Shown one piece after another: positions 9,459 through 19,669 of a stretch of 64,000 nucleotides of DNA. Numbering within the stretch: the first letter of the stretch is position 1; each line of letters starts with the position of its first letter. Under the pieces are notes generated by a model. It made no database searches and was not told where the DNA came from. It saw nothing but the letters and a program-made list of their open reading frames with translations. Position numbers and translations under genes: made by a program. This stretch comes from an uncultured Acidimicrobiaceae bacterium (GTDB lineage: Bacteria; Actinomycetota; Acidimicrobiia; Acidimicrobiales; RAAP-2). The stretch is taken from the NCBI GenBank assembly GCA_963808355.1, contig CAWEFL010000003.1, forward strand, positions 112,153-176,152, written 5' to 3'.

Positions 9459-10801
9459 GCGGCGCTGCCGCGGGCGACAGGGGCGACGCGGGCGACGGGC
9501 GGCACCACGTCGTCATCATCGGCTGCGGGTTCGGCGGCCTTTTCGCAGCGAAGGCCCTCAAGCGCGAAGCCGTGCGGGTGACCCTCATCGACCGCACGAA
9601 CCACCATCTCTTCCAGCCCCTGCTGTACCAGGTGGCCACGGGCATCCTGTCGGAGGGCCAGATCGCTCCGGCCATCCGCGAGGTGCTGCGCAACCACCGC
9701 TCGGTCAACACCGTCCTGGCCGAGGTGGTGCGCATCGACACCGAGGCCCACGTCGTCCACGCCGACGAGTTCGGGCGCCCGCTGGCCGTCGACTACGACA
9801 GCCTGATCGTGGCCGGCGGGTCCACCACGTCCTACTTCGGGCACGACGAGTTCCGCTCCTACGCCAAGGGAATGAAGTCCCTCGACGACGCGCTCGCGCT
9901 GCGAGGCCAGATCTTCGGTGCGTTCGAGTGCGCCGAGGCGGAGGGCGACGCAGAGACACGGCGGAGCCTGATGACCTTCGTCGTGATCGGCGGTGGTCCC
10001 ACGGGCGTCGAGATGGCGGGTCAGCTGGTGGAGCTGTCGCGCCGGGCGCTGCGGCGGAACTACCGCCGCATCGACCCCGGGGCCGCCCGCGTCGTGTTGG
10101 TCGAAGGGGGCGACGAGCTGGTGGTGCAAATGGGCGGGCGGCTGTCTCGCATGGCGGCGCGCGACCTCGGTCGGCTCGGGGTGGAGATCCACCTCGGCGC
10201 AATGGTCACCGGCATGGACGAGCGCCTCGTGGAGATCACCAAGAAGGACGGCGCCATCGAGCGCATCGCCGCCGCCACCCGCATCTGGGCGGCAGGCACT
10301 CGGGCCTCGGGGCTGGGTGGGCTCCTTGCCGGGGCGGACGGAGTGGAGCTGGACAAGGCGGGCCGGGTCGTGGTGGCACCGGACTGCTCGGTCCCCGGGC
10401 ACCCCGAGGTCTTCGTCGTCGGGGACCTGATGGCCCTCGACGACCTGCCAGGCGTGGCCGAGGTGGCCATGCAGTCGGGTAGGCACGCCGCGCGCACCAT
10501 CGTGCGGCGCCTGGAGGGGAAGCCGGCGAAGCGCTTCCGCTACCGCGACCTGGGCACGCTCGCGGTGATCTCGCGGTTCCGAGCCCTGGCCAAGGTCGGG
10601 CCGGTGCGCGTGGGTGGCCTGATCGGGTGGCTGCTGTGGCTGGTGGTCCACATCACGTTCCTCACCGGCTTCAAGAACCGCTTCGGGGCGCTGGCCCGGT
10701 GGGCCGTCAGCTTCATCGGGCGAGGTCGCTACGAGCGGGCGCTGACCGGGCGCTGGGTGGCCCGGGCTGCCGGGGCCGACCGGGCGAGCGGTTCTGCCTA
10801 A
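9455..10801 (+). CDS. ndh: type II NADH:quinone oxidoreductase (NDH-2)
   Basis: VVIIGCGFGGLFAAKAL dinucleotide fold, HLFQPLLYQVATG, second GxGxxG (VIGGGPTGVEMAG). The GTG start overlaps the NUDIX stop (GTGA). Confidence 0.85.
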   Translation: MSGAAAGDRGDAGDGRHHVVIIGCGFGGLFAAKALKREAVRVTLIDRTNHHLFQPLLYQVATGILSEGQIAPAIREVLRNHRSVNTVLAEVVRIDTEAHVVHADEFGRPLAVDYDSLIVAGGSTTSYFGHDEFRSYAKGMKSLDDALALRGQIFGAFECAEAEGDAETRRSLMTFVVIGGGPTGVEMAGQLVELSRRALRRNYRRIDPGAARVVLVEGGDELVVQMGGRLSRMAARDLGRLGVEIHLGAMVTGMDERLVEITKKDGAIERIAAATRIWAAGTRASGLGGLLAGADGVELDKAGRVVVAPDCSVPGHPEVFVVGDLMALDDLPGVAEVAMQSGRHAARTIVRRLEGKPAKRFRYRDLGTLAVISRFRALAKVGPVRVGGLIGWLLWLVVHITFLTGFKNRFGALARWAVSFIGRGRYERALTGRWVARAAGADRASGSA

Positions 10802-10845
10802 GGTTCGCCCGTACCACACGCATCGATCCTCGGGGGGACCGACCC

Positions 10846-12096
10846 ATGCCCATCAACGTGACGCCCACTCCGGGGCTGAGTGACCACATCAACGACATCC
10901 GGCTCCGCACCGCCCGCATCGTCAACGAGAAGATCCTCCCCAACGAGGGGGTCCTCTGGCACGGCCGCCGACGCGGGGCGGGCGACGCAGCGCGGGACGA
11001 GGCACGCGCCATCCGGCACGAGATAGAGGACGAGGTCAAGGCCCAGGGCCTCTGGGCGCCGCACCTGCCGCCCGAATACGGCGGCATGGGCCTCGACTTC
11101 ATGGCCCATGCCTACATGAACGAGATCCTCGCCTACGCCGTCGGCGCGGCCGCACTCTTCGGTGTCGTGGCGCCGAACTCGGGCAACCAGACGATCCTGG
11201 CGAAGTACGGCACCGATGAGCAGAAGAAGAAGTGGCTGCTGCCCCTCGTCGAGGGCTCCATGCAGTCGGGCTTCTCCATGACCGAGCCCGAGAACGCCGG
11301 TTCCGACCCGCGCTCCATTCAGACGACGGCCGTCCGTGAGGGCGACGAGTGGGTGATCGACGGCCACAAGTGGTTCACCTCGAACGGGCTGGCCGCCGAC
11401 TTCTTCATCGTCATGTGCCGGGCCAAGGAGTCCAAGGACGAGGCAGGCCCCGGGCGCATGGTCCAGATCATCGTGCCGACGTCCACACCGGGCGTGATCA
11501 TTGAGCGCGGCATCGGGATCTGGGGCGGCACGTCGTCGGACCACTGCGAAGTCCGCTACGACCACGTCCGTGTCCCGCTGGACAACGCGCTCGGACAGGT
11601 TGGCCAGGGTCACCAGGCCGCCCAGGACCGGCTCGGGGCGGGCCGGATCTTCCACTGCATGAACTCGGTGGGGCAGATGTGGCGCGCCTTCGACCTGATG
11701 GTGGAGCGGCTGCTCACCCGCGAGGTGCACGGCGGGCTGCTGAAGGACAAGCAGTTCATGCAGGGCTTCGTCGCCGACAGCTACATGGACCTTCAGGCCG
11801 CCCGCCTGATGACCATCCACGCCGCCGAGAAGGTAGACGCCGGCGACCCGCAGGCCCGGACCGAGATCAGCGCCATCAAGGTCTTCGTCCCGGCCGCCTA
11901 CACCCGCGTGGTGGACCGGGCCATTCAGGTCTGGGGCGCGGCGGGTGTCACCAGCGACCTGCCGTTGGCGGGGATGTACCTGGGCGCCCGCACGCTTCGC
12001 CTCGCCGACGGCCCGGACGAAGTCCACCGCATCCTCATCGCCAAGAACGTGCTGCACCACTACGAGAAGGGCGAGAGCTGGGACTTCGCCGGATGA
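10846..12096 (+). CDS. acyl-CoA dehydrogenase family protein
   Basis: ATG 10846. ...GFSMTEPENAGSDP..., WFTSNG, and a C-terminal RLADGPDEVHR-type ending. Intact. Confidence 0.85.
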   Translation: MPINVTPTPGLSDHINDIRLRTARIVNEKILPNEGVLWHGRRRGAGDAARDEARAIRHEIEDEVKAQGLWAPHLPPEYGGMGLDFMAHAYMNEILAYAVGAAALFGVVAPNSGNQTILAKYGTDEQKKKWLLPLVEGSMQSGFSMTEPENAGSDPRSIQTTAVREGDEWVIDGHKWFTSNGLAADFFIVMCRAKESKDEAGPGRMVQIIVPTSTPGVIIERGIGIWGGTSSDHCEVRYDHVRVPLDNALGQVGQGHQAAQDRLGAGRIFHCMNSVGQMWRAFDLMVERLLTREVHGGLLKDKQFMQGFVADSYMDLQAARLMTIHAAEKVDAGDPQARTEISAIKVFVPAAYTRVVDRAIQVWGAAGVTSDLPLAGMYLGARTLRLADGPDEVHRILIAKNVLHHYEKGESWDFAG

Positions 12097-12129
12097 CCCG
12101 GGAACGCCGGATGAGCCGGGCGTGACGGC

Positions 12130-12975
12130 ATGACCTGGCGGGCGGGACCCGGGGTGTCCGTCTTCGCCGAGGGGCTGTTCGAGGAGAAGGTCGCGGTCGT
12201 CACCGGCGGGGGCACCGGTCTGGGCCGCGAGGTGGCCCACGCGTTCGCCCGGCTCGGCGCGCAGGTCGTGGTGGCCGGGCGGACGGTCGAGACCCTGGAG
12301 CAGACCGCGACGTCCATCGCGTCGGCTGGCGGACACTCCGCGGCCGTGCCCACCAACATCCGCGAGCCAGAGCAGGTGGAGGCGTTGCGCGACACGGTGT
12401 ATGCACGTTTCGGCCGGGTCGACTTCCTCGTCAACAACGCCGGCGGGCAGTTTCCGAGCCTGCCCAGTGGGGTGAGCGACAACGGCTGGCGGGCGGTGGT
12501 CGACTTGAACCTCAACGGCACATGGAATATGACGAGCCGCTTCATGGGACCGATGGCGGAGGCCAGCGCGGGTGCCATCGTCAACGTGGTCCACACCTTC
12601 TCGTTCGATCGGGGCGCACCGATGTTCGTGCACTCCGGCGCGGCGCGGGCCGGCGTGGTGAGCATGGTCAAGACGCTGGCGCCCTATCTCATGAAGCGCG
12701 GCGTCACCATCAACGCCTTCGCCCCGGGGCCGTTCTCGACGCCCGGACTCGTGGCCTCCGAGCTCGCCCCTGTCGGGCGCACGGAGGAGGGGTTCACCGA
12801 CGAGCTGGTGGCGGAGGGGACGACGGTGCGCCTCGGTACCGTCGACGAAATGGCGGCGCTGGTGCTGTTCCTCTGCTCGCCCGCCGCCCGCTACGTCTGC
12901 GGCGCCACGATCGTGGCGGACGGTGCGTCCATGCAGACCAACTGGGTCTCTTTCTTCCCCGAGGACGCGCTGTAG
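12130..12975 (+). CDS. SDR family oxidoreductase (enoyl/dienoyl-CoA reductase-like)
   Basis: VAVVTGGGTGLGREVA, NNAGGQF. Intact 281 aa, downstream of the acyl-CoA dehydrogenase. Confidence 0.8.
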   Translation: MTWRAGPGVSVFAEGLFEEKVAVVTGGGTGLGREVAHAFARLGAQVVVAGRTVETLEQTATSIASAGGHSAAVPTNIREPEQVEALRDTVYARFGRVDFLVNNAGGQFPSLPSGVSDNGWRAVVDLNLNGTWNMTSRFMGPMAEASAGAIVNVVHTFSFDRGAPMFVHSGAARAGVVSMVKTLAPYLMKRGVTINAFAPGPFSTPGLVASELAPVGRTEEGFTDELVAEGTTVRLGTVDEMAALVLFLCSPAARYVCGATIVADGASMQTNWVSFFPEDAL

Positions 12976-12997
12976 GTCGGGCGGGCCTGTGCCGGTT

Positions 12998-13869
12998 CTA
13001 GGGAGAAGCGGCCGCCGTCACCCCACTGTCCATCGTCGCCGGCGCGGTCCGGGCCAGCACAGTCGCCGCCACGCACATGCCTGCGAAGCTGAGCGCCCCG
13101 ACGAACAGCCGAGGCATGTCGGCCGTGAACGTCTCCCCGTAGACCCAGACGCTGAGGGCGATGCTGACGATCGGGTCGACGATCACGATGAGGGGCTGCG
13201 ACACGCTCAGCGGCCCGACGTGCAACGCGGCCTGGTTGAGCAGTTCGGCCGTGAGCCCGGTGGCAGCCAGCGCGTAGACCGGCCAGTGCGTGAACATGCC
13301 GCCCAAGCCGAACTGGGTCAGGGAGTCCGTCGTCGCCTTGATGAAGGTCGCGACCAGCGCCCACAGCACCGACGTCGCCGCACCGAGGCAGGCCGCCCGC
13401 CGGGCCGGCGAGCCCCGAGCGCCCAGCAGGGCCAGACGCCGCCGCCGCGGCGGCGGTCGCGACGACGGCCGACACCCAGGTGGCCGCCGGTGGGAGCGGC
13501 CGTGCCGCCGGTGGGCTCCGACATCGCGACGAAGAGGGCGAGGGTGACGCAGGTCGAGCGCGGCCGCCCACCAGGTCACGGCGCGGATGCCCTGGTGGAT
13601 CCACAACCACCGGAGCACGAGCGCGAACACGAGCTCGGTCACCAAGAGGGGCTGGACCACGGACATGTTGCCGTTGTGGAGGGCCAGGGCCTGGAACACG
13701 AACGCCGCCGCCAGGGCGACCCAGCCGAACAGCCAAAGCGGGTTGGTCACCAGGTAGCGCACGAAGCGCCACCCAGCGCGGTGACCGGGTCGCCGATGCT
13801 CGCCCGGTGCTGCGTCACGACGTTGAGCGCGTTGGAGAACGCGGCGAGCAGGGCGAAGAGGGTCGGCAC
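12998..13869 (-). pseudogene. DMT/EamA-like multi-pass membrane transporter, at least 3 frameshifts
   Basis: GTG 13869. Hydrophobic VPTLFALLAAFSNALNVVTQHRASIGDP..., NPLWLFGWVALAAAFVFQALALHNGNMSVVQPLLVTELVFAL..., VLWALVATFIKATTDSL..., PLSVSQPLIVIVDPIVSIALSVWVYGE. The central part is readable only in other frames. Confidence 0.55.
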
Positions 13870-13894
13870 TACTGGTCGGGCGCGGACGGTCCGG

Positions 13895-14459
13895 TCAGCG
13901 GGCGCGGGCGGTGCACATCCACACCAGGTCGAAGGTGCGCACCTCTACGTCGCCGAACCCGGCGCGGCCGAGCCGGCGCTCCAAGTCGCCGGGATCGATG
14001 GGGTTGTAGGTGTCGCCCTCGTGGAACGCGGCGGTGCCCTCGTGGTACGTGCCGTCGGCCGCCACGAGGACGCCGCCCGGCTTGAGCACCCGGGCCAGCT
14101 CGGTGAACACCTGGTCCTGCGCCTCGGCCGGGGCGATGTGGTGCAGCATGTTGAACGAGGCCGCGCCGGTGAAGTGGTCCGGGCCGTATTCGAGCTCAGT
14201 CGCGTCGCCCACGACGACGTCGACGTTGCCCACCGGCCAGCCGCTCCGTCAGGCTCGCCGCCAGCCCTTCGTCGATCTCGACGGCCGTCAGGCGCGCCGT
14301 CATGGTCCGGAGCACCTCCGTGGTGAACCCCGGGCCGGGGCCGATCTCGATCGCTGCGTCACCCAATTCGACGCCCCGCAAAGCCTGCGGGAGGATCTCG
14401 TCCTGCACCATGCGGCGCCAATCCTCGCTGGCGCAGAACTCCATGTGGCCGGCGTTCAC
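13895..14459 (-). pseudogene. class I SAM-dependent methyltransferase, one frameshift
   Basis: Motif I is AIEIGPGPGFTT in the 5-prime piece (14459-14235). The 3-prime piece has GNVDVVVGDATEL...LKPGGVLV. The switch is near 14232. Confidence 0.75.
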
Positions 14460-14471
14460 GGCGATCCTCTC

Positions 14472-15742
14472 TCAGCCCGGCGCCTGCACCTGGTACTCGT
14501 CCTTCCACCATCGGGCCGCGCGCACGCTCCTCGGGGTCGGTGCGGAGCGTCGGGTCCTGGCCGAGGTCGGCCGGCGTGGGGCCGATCTGCTCGGCGATCG
14601 GCCGGAGTGCCTCGAGGTCGAAGCCGTAGCAGCGAGCCGCCGTCTCTCCGAGCAGCTGACGGGCGTCCTCCACCGGGATGGTCGCCGAAGTCGCCCTTCA
14701 GACGCTCCATGGTGTGGGGCCAGGTGCCTTCGGGGTGGGGGTAGTCGGTGCCCCACATGACGACATCACAGCCGAGCACGTGGCGGCGGCGGATCTCCTC
14801 CTTGGACATGGTCGAGGCCCCGATGAAGATGTTCTCGCCGAAGTAGTCCGAGGGCAGCTTCGAGATCTTCCCCTTTAACAGCGCGGCCATCTTCTTGGTC
14901 GTGTGCCCGCCTCCCATGTACTGGTCCCACTTCCACATCATGTCGGCGGCCCAGTAGGCGGCCGCCTCGGTGACGACGAACTTGAGCCGCGGGAAGCGCT
15001 CGAAGGCGCCCGAGAAGAGGAGGTGCCACATCGGGCGGGCGGCCCACCAGACCACCTCGGCCAGGTAGATGCCGATGTTGGCGTTGTACTCGTCCTGTGG
15101 CGCCTCGCCCGAGTGGGTGTGCACGGGGAAGCCGGCGGCCTGACAAGCCGCCCAGACCGGGTCGTAGTCGGGGTGGTTGTAGGGCACGTGGTCGTGCCAC
15201 ATGGTCGGGACCATGACCCCCCGGATGCCCGGTTGCTCGGCCAGCCATTCGATCTCCGCCACGGAGCGCTCGACGCCGTGGGTGATCGGCACCAGCGCGA
15301 TGCCGCCGTGGCGCTCGGGGCTGCGGGCGCACATCTCCGCCAGAAAGCGGTTGTGGGCCCGGGCGCCGGCGAACGCGAGCTCGGGGTCCGCGATCTCGCC
15401 GGCGTTGAGGCCGGCGCCGAAGGGCGGAGAGGCCATGCCCGTGATGGCGTCGGCGTCGGCGAACATCACCTCGGCGGCAACTCCGTCGGCGTCCAGCTCC
15501 TTGTCGCGCTGCTCGATGTCCCAGGCGCCGCGCAGGCCCTCCTCGTTCTCCGTTTCCCACCCCATGATGTAGTCGTAATTCATCTTGAGGGCCTCGTCGC
15601 GGTTGGCCTGGCGCTCGGCCAGGTAGTCGTCGAACTGCGGGTGGTACGCCGCGTCGAGGTAGGGGCGGTACTCCTCGGCGGGGAGACCGGCGTGGGCGTC
15701 GGCCGAGATGATGGTGTAGCGGTCGCTCACGGTGTCACTCAC
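14472..15742 (-). pseudogene. amidohydrolase-2 (PF04909, ACMSD/LigW-like) family protein, two C-terminal frameshifts
   Basis: The GTG at 15742 overlaps the ADC stop (GTGA). VSDRYTIISADAHAG..., FPVHTHSGE, VMWGTDYPHPEG. The tail ...VEDARQLLGETAARCYGFDLE... and then ...RAARWWKDEYQVQAPG are in other frames (switches near 14690 and 14520). Confidence 0.75.
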
Positions 15743-16515
15743 CGCTTCGCCCCCAGCACCGAGAGGTCGTCGTAGCGCTGGTGGAGGTAGGGCTCGAGTG
15801 CGGCCCGGGGCACGGGGCCGATGATCCGTCCCACCTGCGTGGAGGCCCGTTCTGTCCAGTTGAGATCCACCGTGCGCCGGATGACGAGGTCGGCCACGGG
15901 GTCGAGTGGGGCCTCCTTCAGCAAGAGCTCGCCCTCGATCGACTCGTGCACGCGCGTGCGCTCGGTTTTCTCGCCGTAGACCAGGAGGGGGTCTTGGTCG
16001 AGCCCGCCCGGTGTCTCTGGGGAGGGCGAGACCTTGAACCAGAAGTCCGTCTTGGCGACCTCGTAATTCTCCCGTGTCCCGCTGATGCGGCCGACGATCT
16101 CGCAGACCACCGATCCCATGCGCGCGATACGGGCGGCGACGCGGTCGCCGTCGCGCTGCACCTCCACTTCGGCCAATTTCTTGGGCTCCCCGTTGACCTC
16201 CCGCCCGCCGATGAGGGACTGTTCGGTTGTCATCGGCATGAAAATGGGGTACTCGCCGAGCCGGTCGTCGTGGCGGGCCTGGACGCCGATCCAGCCGGCG
16301 CCGAAGACCGGGAGCCCCGGCATCTCCACCCGGGTGATGGTGACGCGCACGAGTGGTTCGGAACCTGGCTCGAGCGGCGGCGGCAGCACCGCCGCCACGA
16401 TGTCGGGCTCGGTCTCGTACACCGCGGTGACCGCCTGGGACCAGATGTCCCCGGCGCGAGTCGCCTCTCTCTCCCGGTTCATCTGCTGTCGCCGGGCGCC
16501 GTACCTCACCGTCAT
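15739..16515 (-). CDS. acetoacetate decarboxylase (ADC)-family protein
   Basis: Intact. ...GEYPIFMPMTTEQSLIGGREVNGEPKKLAEV... resembles the ADC-family core. ATG 16515 is chosen over the upstream GTG. Confidence 0.65.
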   Translation of the reverse strand: MTVRYGARRQQMNREREATRAGDIWSQAVTAVYETEPDIVAAVLPPPLEPGSEPLVRVTITRVEMPGLPVFGAGWIGVQARHDDRLGEYPIFMPMTTEQSLIGGREVNGEPKKLAEVEVQRDGDRVAARIARMGSVVCEIVGRISGTRENYEVAKTDFWFKVSPSPETPGGLDQDPLLVYGEKTERTRVHESIEGELLLKEAPLDPVADLVIRRTVDLNWTERASTQVGRIIGPVPRAALEPYLHQRYDDLSVLGAKR

Positions 16516-16562
16516 GTGCCGTGTCCTCCCCTGTCCGGTGGCATGCAGTGTGACACCACGTG

Positions 16563-17796
16563 TCACCAAGCCCGCAGGATCTGCGTGCGGTCGAATGCGT
16601 TGCAGGTCGTCCGGATCGGCCAGTCCTCCGGCGTGAGCGGCGTCGCCACCTCCGCGACGGTCGGGCCGATCCGCTCGCCGATCCGGCGCAGCCCCTCGAG
16701 GTCGAATCCGTAGAAGGCCGCCGCCGTCGACTCGACCATGGTGCGTACGTCGGCCTCCTGGTACTCAGCGAAGGCCACCCGCAGCGCTTCGGTCGTAAAG
16801 GGGTAGCTGCCCTCCGAGTGCGGGTAGTCGGCCCCCCACATGACACGGTCGATGCCGAGCTCGCGGCAGAGCGGTGCCTCGCTGGGCCGCAGGAAGCTGG
16901 CGCCGATCCAGAAATTGCGGGCGAAGTACTCCGTGGGCGTCATGGTCATTTTGGCCGCGGCGGCGCCGAAGAAGTTCGACTCGGCCGCGTCGGCCAGCGT
17001 CATGCGCCCGTAGAACCAATCGAGCGTCTGGAGCCCTCTGGGCAGCCACGCCACGCCCTGCTCGGTGACGGCGAAGCGGAGGCGTCGGATGGCGTTCGAG
17101 CACGCCGGAGAAGATGAGGTGCCAGACGGAGCGGTGGCTGAACCAGGGGATCTCTATGAGCATCATGGCGCGCGCCGACTCGTGCTCCCCGTATTCGGGG
17201 AGCGCGCTCCCGCCGTGGATGTTGATGGGGACATCGAGCTCGGCGCAGAGGCGCCACAGCGGCTCGTAATGGTCCTCCCACAACGGAGGTAGGTGCGAAT
17301 TGGGCGGGATGGACGGCAGCAGGATGCCGCCGAAGGGCTGGCCGAACGCATCCGCCGCCCACCGGACTTCGCCGAGTGCGTCGTCGATGTCGTTGGCGAA
17401 GACCTGCACGATGCCGGCCCGCCGGCCCGGCGCCGCGCGCAGAAGTCGGCCAGCCACCGGTTGTGAGCCTGCACGCCCGCCCAGCGGCGCTCGTAGTCCT
17501 CGGGCGTCGGCGGCAACGCGACGAGGTTCGACTCGCTCGAAGAAGGGCGGCACCGTGTTGGGGAACAGCACCTCGGCGGCGATGCCGTCGGACTCGGTCT
17601 CGGCGAGCCGGCGGTCGCTGTCCCAGCTGCGATAGGCGATCGGCTCGATCAGGTCGCGGAAAGGGTTGACGTAGCCGGCAGCCCAGGCGTCGAACTCATG
17701 GTGCCAGCGGCTGGCCAGAAACGCCCTGTAGTCCTGAAGGTCCCCGCCCGCGTGACCGTCGGCCGAGACGACGGTGTAGCGGTCTGTGGCGGACAT
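16563..17796 (-). pseudogene. amidohydrolase-2 (PF04909) family protein, paralogue, three frameshifts
   Basis: ATG 17796. MSATDRYTVVSADGHAG..., then PPTPEDYERRWAGVQAHNRWLADFCA, then GIVQVFANDIDDALGEVRWAA...INIHGGS...WFSHRSVWHLIFSGVLERHP, then VAWLPRGLQTLDW...VMWGADYPHSEGSYP... in alternating frames (switches near 17525, 17440, 17085). Confidence 0.75.
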
Positions 17797-18669
17797 CAGC
17801 TCAGCGCCGCCGGCGGCAGGCGGCCTTCCCCGATGGCGTCGGCGCGCCGGTGCAGCATGGCGGCACACTCGTCGAGCCCGTGGCCGATCACGAAGTCGCC
17901 CCGCTTGACCCCCTCAATACAGAAGCGACCCAGCTCGCGCAGGTCCATCAACTCGGCCGGCCGTCCGGCGGATTCCAGCTGGGCCTTGAACTCGGCGAAG
18001 GTCGTGCCCGGCGCCGGGGGCCGTGGCCTCGACGCGGGCGAGGGCGGCCGGCCGGTTGCGCTGCGCCGTCCACAGTCCTGTGTCGAGGAGGCCGCCCGAG
18101 GGGTAGAAGAGGACGGCGCGCACGTCGGTGCCGGCGGCGGCGAGCTGATGGGCCAGGGCCTCGGTCAGGCAGGAGATGGCGGCCTTGCTCGAGGCGTACA
18201 CCGACGCGTAGGGCACCGGGGCGATGCCGCCGTCCATGCTCGAGGTGTTGACCACCACGCCGGGGTCGCCCGACGCGATCATCCGGGGCACGAAGGACAG
18301 CATCCCGTTGGCCACACCGAAGACGTTCACCGAGAAGCACCAGACCCAGTCGTTCGCCTCTTGCTCCCACGGGCGCCCCCCGCCACCCGACGTCACGCCG
18401 GCGTTGTTGAAGAGGAGGTGGCAGGTGCCCTCCCGGCCGTAGACGTCCGTCGCCAACGCCTCGACCGACTCGGGCGACGAGACATCGGTCACGACACCGC
18501 GCACGTCGCCGTGGTCGCCGAGCTCCTTGACGGCGTGCTGGAGCACGGGCTCCTCGACATCCGCGATCACGACCCGGGCGCCCTCCTCCAGGAGCGCCTG
18601 GGTGATGCCGCGTCCGATGCCGGCTGCGCCCCCAGTCACCACCGCCACCCGGCCTCTCAGGTCTTGCAA
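17796..18669 (-). pseudogene. SDR family oxidoreductase, one frameshift
   Basis: VAVVTGGAAGIGRGI, NNAG, YASSKAAI. The C-terminus (...FAEFKAQLESAGRPAELMDLRELGRFCIEGVKRGDF...) is in another frame (switch near 18030). The stop TGA shares one base with the next ATG (TGATG). Confidence 0.8.
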
Positions 18670-18998
18670 CGCGTCGCCCCTGTCGTTCCGCTGTGGGCAG
18701 CCACCCTAACGCCCGACGCGGCCGGGCCGAGGTGGGCCGCCGGGGCCCGAGTAATCGCCGGCTGTAGCCTCCAACCGGCTATCGCTTGCAGGCGCACGCA
18801 TTGGCCGGCACCGGGAGGAGGTCAGGTGGGGCACCGTCGGGCACGGCAGGGCATGGCCGTCTGCGTCCGCGGGGTGGGATTGGCACTGACTCCCCTGACG
18901 GTCGCCTCGGCCAGGCGGCACGGGCCACTCCGTCGGCACCACCTCGTCGTCGAGTAACCCGTAGCTCGCCCGTGCCCGAGACGCCACCGCAACTGAGC

Positions 18999-19479
18999 GT
19001 GCCGCGACCCCCCGAGGCGCAACCGCTCGACGAGGTGCCGATGGCGCACGCATGGCTCCAGCACCTGCCGCGACAGCGCCCTGTTCAAGCTGGAGGGGCT
19101 CTCCCCCGAGCAGCTGCGCTGGCGCCCGGCGCCGACCGCCAACTCGTTGGGCGTGATCGTCGTCCACCTCGGGTACGCCGAGCGACTCTGGCTCCGGGCC
19201 ATCTGGGCGGGCGAGCCCATGGACATGGGCTGGCGCGCTCACATGTTCGAGCTCCCCGACGGCTGGACCGTTGAGGAGGTGACCGCCTTCTACCGCGGCG
19301 AGACCGCGGCGGCCGACGCCGTGCTCGACCAGGCCAGCACATTCGACCTCCCGTCGGCCGGCGCCCTGCGGACGACCACGCTGCGCTGGGCGGTCTCCCA
19401 CCTCATTGAGGAGACGGCCCGCCATGTTGGGCACATGGACATCACCCGCGAGCTCCTCGACGGGAAGGTGGGGCGCTGA
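18999..19479 (+). pseudogene. DinB-like DUF664 family protein, one frameshift
   Basis: ...AHAWLQHL then, after a switch near 19072, RDSALFKLEGLSPEQLRWRPAPTANSLGVIVVHLGYAERLW...HLIEETARHVGHMDITRELLDG. The GTG start at 18999 is inferred. Confidence 0.55.
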
Positions 19480-19669
19480 CGACGCGGTGCGGGCCGGGCC
19501 GGTACCCCACCGAGGGCGGTCCGCTCCGTGCCTGTCCCGTCAGTGCCCCTGCCTGAAGCTGCGCGCGCGGCTCCCCCCGCCGGAGGGGTAATTTGAGAAC
19601 GGCCCGTCGGACCGCGAGCTCCGACGGGGCGGTTCGGGCGCAGGCGAGTCGGGGCATGGGAGTACCGAG

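Noticed and set aside
18706-19434. 242-aa minus-strand ORF.
   Set aside because: It is antisense to the DUF664/DinB-like gene, has a low-complexity Arg/Gly/Ala-rich translation and shows no family resemblance.
19603-19628. Perfect 9-bp stem hairpin (CCCGTCGGA-8 nt-TCCGACGGG) between the DUF664 gene and the DUF4115 gene, considered as an intrinsic terminator.
   Set aside because: No U tract follows it. It could equally be 5-prime UTR structure, and there is not enough evidence to call it.
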